From NCBI RefSeq assembly GCF_009914755.1, contig NC_060937.1: 64,000 nt of DNA; one strand, given 5' to 3'. The notes below the pieces were generated by a model that worked only from the letters and a program-made list of their open reading frames with translations, was not told the DNA's origin and searched no databases. This document shows positions 28,579-39,412 of this stretch, piece after piece (position 1 is the first letter of the stretch; every line of letters begins with the position of its first letter). The stretch is from the human T2T-CHM13v2.0 reference genome, Homo sapiens. The position numbers and the translations under genes are program-made.

Positions 28579-30074
28579 ATCAGTTCACCCACTAACCATG
28601 TCACATAAGACACAATCACAGTCTTAGACTTTCTTCCCAGAATCATATTGCAAGAGAAGCTAGGGCTCCCTCCACAGTGACTGTTGATTGTAGATCATGC
28701 CACTGACATGGAGTAACAGCAATCACAAAATTTGAACCATTGCCCTCCAAACATGTCATGCAAGGAGCTATGCTACCCTGTCCATGAAGGAGAAGATGGA
28801 ACCTGTCACAATCTACTGATGTCCTCTGTATTCCTTTTAGATTCCAGCCTCTGATGAAGCCAGGAGATAGAGTGGTGGCCCTCTAGTCATGCATCTTAAA
28901 AGTCACTTGGTCCAAAAGTCAGAGTCCTCTGTAGAAATTTGATCCTCTCTAGAATCTGATCTAGAAATATACTCCTCCTAGATGTCTGTGCATTCCTTAG
29001 AATGTAGTGGGGAATAGGAGACCCATACCTGTTCTCATGATTCTATTTACATGCCGGATATATATTTAAAATAACTATAGTACTGTACTTTAAATTTTTA
29101 AAAGTCAAAAAAGGATTAATTTTACTAAATAATTATAACATGTAGGTGATAAACTGAATATAGTCATAGTTGCCTTGAATTATGGCTAAAATTCTATTTC
29201 ACCGTAGACATTTATATGAATGCATAAAACTAGATTTGTATATATTATAGTTAAAATTATGATTAGCCTAAACTTGCAAATGTAATTATTTTACAACTGG
29301 AGATTATTGTTTATTAATCAATTTTTTAGAGATTTTAGAGTTTGTATGTTAAAATATTAAAAGTAGCTTAAATTCTACAGCTTTGTCATGCTAAGCTTTG
29401 TTATTATTGAAGCTTTATACTAAAATAATTCTGATAAAATATGCATCCTGGTAGAAGGAAATGCAGATGGTTTTGTTTGAAAATCAGTGTCATTGGAGAA
29501 ATGTTCCAGATTGACAGTAAAATGTGTTGATAGAATAATAACCAGTTGACTAGCTTTACTGAGCAAATTAAAAAAATGATGATAGAGAACTAAGAACTCT
29601 CATTATTTATTATTTTTTGCACAGGATATTAATGAGTGAAGTATTTCATGCATATGATTGTGCATGTATAACACATAAGCATGTCTGCTTTATCACAATT
29701 GAAATAAGAATCATATATAACTCCTCGCTTTATTATGAGGGCTTTATTTAACTTCTTCATGCTTCTTGTGTTTGAACATTTTTTCAATCTTGAAAAGGTA
29801 TGTGCTATCCTATGAATTGCTGCTTATCATATTGAACAATCTAATAATAACTCTATGTATATTTGAAGATTAACAACTATTTGTACAACATTGTGTAAGA
29901 CTCAGTACATAAAATAACTTCAGGGATAGATTATGAAATTATCATTTCCTCTAATAAATTTTACATTTGTCACTATTTTGACTTGAGGGTGAATCCTTTT
30001 TATACTTTTATATAAACATATCTGGAAAAAGTTATAAGAATCTTTAGACAACAAACTTTGGGTATGGAAAATAC

Positions 30075-30712
30075 TTTTGTTTCCAGCCATTATAGAATAA
30101 TGAAGTCTAGACTGTCCTCCCACCATATGCAACAACAACAACAACAACAAAAATCCTGGAGAAAATATATGAAACAATATTTTACACACATTAGGGAGAA
30201 AAGGTCAGTTATGAGATCCATAAAAAGAATAATTGAACAGGGTTAGTTATAAAGTCACTCTGGCTTTCTTTCTGAGGACACTCTTTAGATTTCGGTGCAC
30301 AGATGGGGAATGGAGCAGAGAAACATAGTTTTGATGAGGAGGTGCAGAGGTCAGAATTCAAGGGATCTAAGGTGGCTGGAAATTGAAGGCAGAATGCCAG
30401 ACAGAAGGGAGCCACTCTGAGAAAGAACTTGAGACATCTGCATAGAGGACAGCTTGGGTCTCTGGCTAATAGTAAACCGAACTGTGTAAGGTGGTATTTT
30501 ATGAAGCCAGTCAAAAGCAGCAATGGGGGGAGAATAAATAGCAGTGAGGAAAAGCTAAAAAAATCCCAGATACCACGTAGGACAGGGAGACAAGCAAGTT
30601 CTGACTAGGCATCATGGAGAGATTGTGTTAAAACCTGGAGGTTTTAGTAGAGAACTGAAAAAGGTCACTCTTATAGTAATAGTGAATTAGCCTTAAATTT
30701 AAGGCTATTCTA
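30075..30712 (+). mobile_element. Old L1M (L1MC/M4-type) 5' region, host of nested L1s; resumes at ~34205
   Basis: AAAATCCTGGAGAAAATATATGAAACAA...AGCAGAGAAAC...AAGGCTATTCTA continues as CTATTCTAACCACACCTGAAGAAACTTAAAAG after 34210. Confidence 0.6.
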
Positions 30713-33700
30713 TGGAGTGCTTAGGGTTTTCTAAATATGTGATAGTGTCATCTGAACACATCCATAATTTTACTTCTTCTTTTTCAATTTGTATGTCTTT
30801 TATTTGTTAGAAGTAATGAACAAATTCAGTAAAACTACAGAGTACAAAATCAGCATACAAGAATTAGTTGAGTTTATATACCCCAACAATGAACTATCCA
30901 GAAAGGAAACTCAGGAAACAATTTCATTCACTACAGCATCAAAATAATAAAATACTTGTGATTAAACTTAACTAAGAAGGTGAAATACTTGTATACTGAA
31001 AAATCTAAAACATTGATGAAAGATTAAAGACACATAAATGGAAAGATATTATGTGTTTATAGATTATGAGATTAAATATTTTTAAAATGTCCAAACATCC
31101 TAAAGTGATCTAGACATTCAAAGAAATCTGCATCAAAATTCCAATGCCACATTTTACAGAAAGAGAAAAAATTATAAAGCTTATATAAAACCAAAAATGA
31201 CCCTGGAGAGCAAAAAAAAAAAGAAAAAAAGAACAAAGCCAGAGGCATTACACTCCATTATTTTGAAATATAAACCCACACAAATACAGTCAACTGACCT
31301 TTGCCAAGGGTGCCAAGGATACACAATGAATGGAGAAAAGATAGTTTCTACAATGAATGATGTTGGAAAATTTTGATGTCTACATGAAAAAGAATGATAG
31401 TGGACACTTTACTATACTCAAAAATCAATTCAAAAAGGATTAATTACACACGTGACCTTAAAATATAAAACTCGTAAAAAATATATAGGAAAGAATCTTC
31501 TTCATGTTGGTCTTGGCCATGATTTTTTCAATACAATACTGAAAGCACAGGCAACAAAAGCAAAAATAAGAGTACATCAAAATAGAAAGCTTCCGCACAG
31601 CAAATGAAACAATCAAAATAGTGAAAAGGGATCACATGGAATGGTAGAAAATATTTGTAAACCATATATCTGATAAGTAGTTGTTATCTAAAATAAAGAA
31701 CTTTTCTAAATCAACATTAAAATAAACCATACATTTTTTTTTAAATGGGCAAAGGACTTAAATAGAAGTCTTAAACAAGACATACAAATGGGCAGCATGA
31801 GTATGAAAAGATGCTCAGCCTCACTAATCATCAGGGTAATGCAAATCAAAACTACAATGAGATATCACCTACCACTTGTTAGGATAGCTGTTATTTTAAA
31901 ATAAGAGAGAAAGAGAGAGAGAAAGTTTTTATGAGGATATATTGAAATTGGGACTCCCCTGTATGGTTTTTGGAAACGTAAAATGGCACAGCCCCTATAG
32001 AAAATAGTTTAGAGTTTCCTAAAATATCTATAAATAAAACTACTTTATGACCCAGCAATCTCACTTATGGGCAATAATCCAAAGTAATTAAAATCAGGAT
32101 CTCAAAGAGTTATCTGTACTCCTATGTTTATTGCAGGATTATTGCCAACAACAAAGATATAGAAACAATCTGAATGTCCATTGCTGGGTGACTGGATAAA
32201 GAAACGTAGTATATGTATACATATATGTACAATGAAATATTATTAAGCCTTAAAATGAAAGAATTGTGCCATATGCTACAACATGGATGAAATGTGAGGA
32301 CAGTATGCTCAGTGAAACAAGCCAACCACAGAAGAATAAATGGGTGATTTATTCACACATATGTGAATGGTTCCATTTATATAAAATAGTCAACAAAATG
32401 ATCTGTAGTTTTAATCCTATCCCTATCAAAGTACCAGTGATAGTCTTCACAGAAATAGAAAATGAAAACTAAAAACATATGGAACCACAAAAGACCCCAA
32501 ATAGCCAAAGCCATTTTCAGCAATAATAACAAAATTGGTGCCATCACACTACCTGACTTTAAAACATACTACAAAGCTATCACAACCAAAGCATCATGGT
32601 ACTGGCATAGAAACAGAAACGTAGGCCAATATAAAATCCGTGAATATATCCATGCATCTACAGAAAACTGAGTTTAGGTAAAAGTGTTAAGTACACAGAA
32701 TGGAGAGAGAAAAGCCCTTTCAATAAATGATGCTGAGAAAACTGGATATCCACATGCAGAAAAATAAAATCAGGCCTTTTTTCTTACCACATACGAAAGT
32801 CAACAAAAATTGAATAAAGACCTAACTGTAAGGTCAAAAACTACATAACTATTGGAAGAAAACATAGTAGAAAAGCCCCATGAAATTGGTCTAGGCAAAC
32901 ATTTTTTTGGATAAAACTCCAAAAGCAGATGCAACAAAAGCAAATATGGACAAATGGGATTATATCAGCAAATGAAACAATCAACAGAGCAAAGAGACAA
33001 CCTGTAGAATGGGAGAATATATTTGTCAACTTTATATCTGATAAGCAGTTAATGTTCAAAATACATAAGCAACAAAACAACTAAACAACCACAAAATAAT
33101 CCAGTTAAAAATGGGCAAAAGACTCAGATATATCTAAGAGAAGACATACAAATGGCCAATGGATATATGAAAAGAAAAATGCTCAATATCACTGATCATT
33201 AGAAAAATGCATATCAAAACTATAATGAGTTATCACCTCATTTTAGTTAGAATGGCTACTTGAAAAATCAAAAGAAACATATACTGGAAAGGAAATACTA
33301 ACAAAGGGATCCCTTACTCACTGCCTGCTTGTAGGAATGAAAATTTAGTATAATGATGATGGAAAACACTATATAGCTTCTTCAAAAAATTAAATATAGA
33401 ACTACTATGTGATCCAGCAATCCTACTACTTGGTAGCTATCTAAAGGAAAGAAAATCACTATGTGGAAAAGATATTTTCACTCCTATGTTTATTGCGGCA
33501 TTTTTTACATTGGCAAAGATATGAAATCAACCTAAGAGTCCATCAACAGGTGAATAGATAAAGAAAACATGGTATATTTACACAATTGAATACTATTCAG
33601 CCACAAAAATAAATGAAATCCTGTCATTTGTGACAACATAAATGCACCTGAAGGACATTATGTTAAGTGAAATAAGCTAGGCATAGAGGGATAAATACCA

Positions 33701-34203
33701 CATGATTTTATTTATATGTGAAATCTAAATAAGCTGAATTCAAAGAAGTAAAGAGTAGAATAGTGGTTAACAGAGGCTGGGGAGGAGAAGGGGAAGGGGA
33801 GAGACTGGTCATCAGGACAAAGCTACAGTTACATATGAAAAATAAGTCCTGGCATTCTATTCCATAGTAAGATAAATAGAGTGACTAATATTATATATTG
33901 TATATTAGTATTGCATAATCATACAATACTAAATAGCTTTTTGTATATTTCAAAATAGCTTTAAGAGAGCTTTTTGAATGTTCTCATTGCAAATAAATGA
34001 TAAATGTTTAAGATGATGGATATGCTAATTACCCTTATTTGATTTTTACACAATAAATGCGTATATTGAAATATGGCAAATACCTCATAATTATATACAA
34101 TTATTATATGTCAATCATAAAACAAAACAAGAGAGGGAGAACTACTATAAACTTAGATTTATCCTAAAGTTGGTATATCTCATATTATTTCCACACTAAA
34201 AAA
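30713..34203 (+). mobile_element. L1MA9/MB-type element with short 5' inversion, interrupted by a second L1MA
   Basis: 30713-30805 is antisense ORF2, 30806-32392 is sense ORF2/3'UTR, and 34140-34203 is the terminal piece. CTATTCTA is repeated at both ends. Confidence 0.8.
32393..34130 (+). mobile_element. L1MA (approx. MA5-8) 3' part
   Basis: ORF 32462 [27 protein letters not shown]. 3'UTR ends GATGGATATGCTAATTACCC...TACAATTATTATATGTCAAT. Confidence 0.9.
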
Positions 34204-34289
34204 GGTAGTCTATTCTAACCACACCTGAAGAAACTTAAAAGTCAGATTCTAATGGATCCAATAAGAAATTTCCCCAATTTGATTAAAAA

Positions 34290-34762
34290 TACAACGTTGA
34301 GAGGTTTATAACTTTTCCACTAAAATTCAGAAATGGACAACTTGCCTGCTTTCTATATTCTATTCAGTTTTGTACTGCAGGTCCTTGAAAGTGAAATAAG
34401 TTAATGAAAATAAATGCACTACATACACATCTACAATAATTTTTTAAAGTTTGTCTACATATAATAATATATTCTGTAGAAAAAAGTAATAAGCAAAAAA
34501 GCTACTGAAAGGTAAATTGAGCACATATTCAATGTAAAAGGTGAGTACTAAAACGTCAATTGCATTTCCATATGCTGGCAATTAATAATTGGAAATTGAA
34601 ACAAAATCTGCTGTTGAAATAATATTGACAATGGAAACACACACACACACAAAAAACAAAATGTGTGCAAGTCCTGTACATTGAAAACTACAGGACACTG
34701 CTGAAAGAAACTGAGGAAGATTATAAATGAAGACATATGCAATTTTGATGAATTAGAAGGCT
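34290..34762 (+). mobile_element. Old L1M ORF2 fragment
   Basis: TTCTATTCAGTTTTGTACTGCAGGTCC...TGAAAACTACAGGACACTGCTGAAAGAAA. Confidence 0.75.
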
Positions 34763-34764
34763 CC

Positions 34765-35930
34765 TTTTTAACAACTTTATTGAGGTATATTTCCATACCA
34801 TAGAACTGACACAACTACAAGTACAATCCAATGGTTTTCCAAATCTTCATAGACTTGTACATATACCATCAAAATTAATTATAAATCATTTTATCATCCC
34901 ACATTAACTAGCAATAACTCCACACTTTTCATAACCCCTAACTGTCCCTTACTCCCTTTTCTAATTTCAGTAATAAGCAGTAAATTTCTATCTTTCTCTA
35001 TAAATTTGCCTATTCTGGACATTTCATGTAAATGAAATCATACAATATTTGATTTTTTTGTGACCGGATATTTTTGTTAACCAATGTTTTCAAGGTTCAT
35101 CCATGTTGTTTCTTATATCAGTACTTCATTTTTTTATTTTTTTAAAATTATTTAATTGTATGGATACACCACATTTTATGTATTTATTCACTTAGCTGTT
35201 AGGAATGCTGTTCCCATGATCATTCATGTACAAATGTCATGGGTAACTTCTTCCAATAGTCTTGGGTATATACCTAGGAGTGGAATTGCTGGATGGTATA
35301 TTAACTTAAGTTTAGCCTTTCGAGTTGTTGCCAGACTTATTTTTCCAAAGTGACTGTATTATTTGGTATTACCACCAACAGTGCATAGTGTTTCCACTTA
35401 TCCACTTCCTCAGTAACAGTTATCTTTTCTTTTGATAATAGCCATCTTAGTGAGTGTGAGGTGGTATCTCACTCTGGCTTTGATTTTCATTTCCTTGATG
35501 GCTAATATCTTTTGCATTTCTTTCCACAAAGTTTTGTACTTTCCGGAGTATATGCTTTGCACTTCTTTGGTTAAATGTATCCATAGTTACTTTATTCTTT
35601 GTCCTGCTATTATAAATGAAATTGTTTTCTTAATTTGTTTTCAGATTGTTAATTGCATGTAGAAATGTAGTTGGCTTATTTATATTCACCATGTACCTTG
35701 TGACCTTTCCTAAACTCATGTATTAATTCCAATAGAATTTTAGTGGATATTTAACATTCTCTATATCCAAGATTATGTTACCCGCAAACAGAGCTATTTT
35801 ATGTCTTATCAATCTTGATGACTTTGATTTCATGTTTTTACTGAGTTGCCCTGGCTAGAACCTCTTACAAAACTTTGGCTAGCACTTGTGAAAGCAGGGA
35901 CAACCTTGCCTTGTTATTAAACTTATGGGC
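34765..35930 (-). mobile_element. L1MB-type 3' end plus ORF2 fragment
   Basis: AACAACTTTATTGAGGTATA...TTGCCTATTCTGGACATTTCAT...GGGTATATACCTAGGAGTGGAATTGCTGG...TTGCCCTGGCTAGAACCTC. Confidence 0.85.
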
Positions 35931-35934
35931 ATGA

Positions 35935-38390
35935 TTTGAGGCTCCCCAAAACAACTACAGTAGTAACATTAAAGATCACTGATCACAGATCATCATAACA
36001 GATACAATTATTTAAAAGTTCGAACTTTGCAAGAATTACAAAATGTGTCACACAGCTAGTGATATGGTTTGGCTGTATCGCCACCCAAATCTCATCTTGA
36101 ACTGTAGTGCCCATAATCCCCACGTGTTGTGAGAAGAACCCAGTAAGAGCTTTAATCATGGGAGCAGTTACCTCATGCTGTTTTCATGATAGTGAGCGAG
36201 TTCTCACAAGAACTGATGGTTGTATAAGGGGCTTTACCCCCTTTCATCTAGGCAATTCTCCTTCCTGTTGCCATGTAAAATAGGACGTGTTTGCTTCCCC
36301 TTCTGCCATGATTGTCAGTTTCCTGAGGCTTCTGCAGCCATGCTGAACAACTGTAAGACAATTAAACCTCTTTCCTTTATCAATTACCCAGTCTCAGGTA
36401 TGTCTATATTAGCAGCATGAGGACAGACTAAAACAATAAATTAGTACTGATAGAGTGGGGAGCTGCTATAAGAATATCTGAAAATGTGGAAGCAATTTTG
36501 GAACTTGGTAACAGGCAGAGGTTGGAATAGTTTACTGGACTCAGAAGAAGACAGAAAAATATGGGAATGTTTGGAACCCCTAGAGACTTGGAGGGTTCAG
36601 AAGAAAGGAATATGTAGGAAAGTTGGGCCTTCCTAGAGAGTTGTTGAATGGCTTTGACCAAAATGATTATAGTGATATGGACAATGAATTCCAGGCTGAG
36701 GTGGTCTCAGATGGAGAGGAGGAACTTGTTGGGAACTGCAATAAAGGTCACTCTTGCTATGCAAATAGAATGGTGGCATTTTGCCCCTACCCTATAGATC
36801 TGTGGAACTTTGAACTTGAGAGAGATGATTTAGGGTATGTGGTGGAAGAAATTTCTAAGTGGCAAAGTGTTCAAGAGAACGCAGAGCAAAAAAGTCTGGA
36901 AACTTTGCAGCCTGATGATGCAATAGGGGAAAAAAAACACTTTCTGGGGAGAAATTCAAGCTGACTGCAGAAATTTCTATAAGTAATGAGGAGGCGAATG
37001 TTAATCACCAAGACAATGGGGAAAATGTCTCCCGGGCGTATCAGAGACCTTCATGGCAGCCCCTCCCATCAGAGGCCTAGAGACCTAGGAGGAAAAAAAT
37101 GGTTTTGTGAGCCAAATCCAGAGCCTCCCCACCATACTCTGTGCAGCCTCAACACATGGCACCCTGCATCCCATCTGCTTCAGCTATAGCCATGGCTAAA
37201 AGGGCCCAAGGTGCAGCTAATGCCATTACTTCAGAGGGTGCAGGACCCAAGCTTTGGCAGCTTCCATGAGGTGCTGGGTTTGCATGTGCACGGAAGACAA
37301 GAATTGAGGTTTGGGAACCTCTGCCTAGATGAAAGAATTTATGGTAACACCTGATTGTCCAGGCAGAAATTTGGTCCAAGGGTGGGGCCCTTGGCGAACC
37401 TCTGCTAAGGCAGTGTGCAAGGGAAATGTGGGGTTGCAGTCCCCACACAGAGACCCCACTGGGGTACTGCCTAGTGGAGCTGTGAGTAGAAGGCCACTAT
37501 CCTCCAGACCCCAGAATGGTATATCCATCAAAAGCTTGCACCATGCGCATGGAAAAGCTGCAGTTACTCAACACCAGCTGTGAAACCAGCCGGGAGTGGT
37601 CTGTACCCTCCAAAACCACAAGGGCAGAACTGCCCAACACTGTGGGAGCCCACCACTTGCATCAGCATGACCTGGATATGAGGCATGGAGTCAAAGGAGA
37701 TCATTTGGTAACTTTAAGATTTAATAACTGCCCTATTGAATTTTGGACATGTCTTGTCTTAGATGAGAATTAAGGCTTAAACTTTTGATGTAATGCTAGA
37801 ATGAGTTAAGATTTTGGGGGACTGTTGGAAGAGCATAATTGTATTTTAAAATGTGAGATCATGTGATTTGAAAGGGCCAGAGGTGGAATGATATGGTTTG
37901 GCTTTGTCCCCACTGAAATGTCCTCTTGAATAATCCCCACATGTTGCAGGAGGAACTTGATGGGGGTAATTTAATCACGGGAGCAGTTACCCTCATACTG
38001 TTCTCATGATAGTGAGTGAATTCTCGTAAGAGCTGATCGTTTTACAAGGATCTTTTCTCCCTTTTGGCTTGGCACTTCTCTTTCCAATCACCACGTGAAA
38101 AGATGTGTTTGCTTCCCCTTCCACCATGATTGTAAGTTTTTTGAGGCCTCCTCCACCCTGTGGAGCTGTGAGTCAATTAAACCTCTTTCCTTTATAAATT
38201 ATCCAGTCTCAGGTATGTCTTCACTAGCAGTGTGAGAACAGACTAATATATGTAGAAAATGAGCATGTGCTGTTGGAAAACTGGTTCTGATAGACTTGCT
38301 TAATGCAGGGGTTGCTACAAAGCAATTTTTGATAAATGCAACATCTGTGATGCACAATTAATCAAATTCTATAAAAGGAGGTATGCCTGT
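35935..38390. mobile_element. Tigger2/MER28-like DNA transposon end, split by THE1 (pieces 35935-36059 and 38251-38390)
   Basis: CCCCAAAACAACTACAGTAGTAACATTAAAGATCACTGATCACAGATC continues after THE1 as GCATGTGCTGTTGGAAAA...GAGGTATGCCTG|TA (TIR end plus TA). Confidence 0.85.
36060..38250 (+). mobile_element. Full-length THE1 (C/D-like) MaLR: LTR 36060-36435, internal 36436-37888, LTR 37889-38250
   Basis: Both LTRs start TGATATGGTTTGGCT and end GACTAA(A/T)A(C/T)A. PPT GGGCCAGAGGTGGAA. ORF 36623 LLNGFDQN..SDMDNEFQAEVVSDG is the THE1 gag-like relic. Confidence 0.96.
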
Positions 38391-38612
38391 ATTATTATTG
38401 AAGTCTGTAATTACTATTGTTGCCTTGTCCTTTTCACCCTTTATTTATGTCAGTTTTGCCTTATGTATTACGGAGTTCTATTGCTAAGGATGTGTAGGTT
38501 TGTTGATAAATGTATCTTTTTTCATTATAAGATGTTTTTCTTTGCTCAAGTAATAATCTTCATCTTTAAGGCTGTTATGTAAGTACAGCTATTCCAGATT
38601 TCCTTGGGTTTC

Positions 38613-38614
<2 letters not shown>

Positions 38615-38651
<37 letters not shown>

Positions 38652-38936
38652 TTTGAGAATGGGTCTTGCTCTGTCACTCAGACTGAAGCACAGTGATGCA
38701 ATCTGGGCTCCCTGCAACCTCCATCTCCCAGGCTCCAGTGATCCCCACACCTCAGCCTCCCAAGTAGCTGAAACGACAGGCGCACACCACCATACATGGC
38801 TAATATTTGTGTTTTTGGTAGAGACGGGGTGTTGACATGTTTCCCAAGCTGGTCTAGAACTGGTGAGCTCATGTGATCCATCCACCTCAGCTTCCCAAAG
38901 TGCATGGATTATACGCATGAGCCATTGTGCCCAGCC
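38615..38936 (-). mobile_element. Alu (old S/J) with (TTTA)n tail
   Basis: Complete antisense dimer. TSD T(G/T)GGTTTCTT at 38605-38614 and 38937-38946. Confidence 0.95.
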
Positions 38937-39197
38937 TTGGTTTCTTTTGGCTCCATGTTGCATATTATGCATTTTCCTATCCTTTTGCCTAGAACATCTT
39001 TGTATCATTAAATCTGAAGTGTGGCTCCTGTAGCACAAGGTTGAAACATATTCCGTTTTTTATTTGTTGTTTAAAACAATTTCAAAATCTTTACTTTTTA
39101 TTGTATTTCTTGAACCATTTGCATTTAATGTTATTGATATATGTGAGTTTAGTTTGCTATTTTTATTTTTGATTTCTATACACCTCATTTTATTTTA

Positions 39198-39412
39198 AAA
39201 GACTTTATTTTTTATAGAGGTTGTAGGTTTCACTGCAAAATCAAGAGGAAGGTACAGAGATGCCCATATACCTGATACTCCCACACAAACATACCTCTGC
39301 CATTATAAATATCTTTCACCAGAGTGGTACAATTGTTAAAATTGATGAATCTACATAAACATATTATTATCACTCAAAGTCCACAGTTTACATCAGGGTT
39401 GACTCTTGGTGG
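39198..39412 (-). mobile_element. L1MC-type 3' end nested in the older L1
   Basis: GAAGGTACAGAGATGCCCATATACC...CACCAGAGTGGTACA...AAAGTCCACAGTTTACATCAGGGTTGACTCTTGG. Confidence 0.8.

Noticed and set aside
28580-28990. Possible old LTR (also 9400-10100)
   Set aside because: Composition is suggestive, but I recognise no diagnostic termini or family motif.
30058-30246. Poly-Q ORF (QQQQQQQ)
   Set aside because: It comes from a (CAA)7 microsatellite inside an old L1 fragment, with no gene context.
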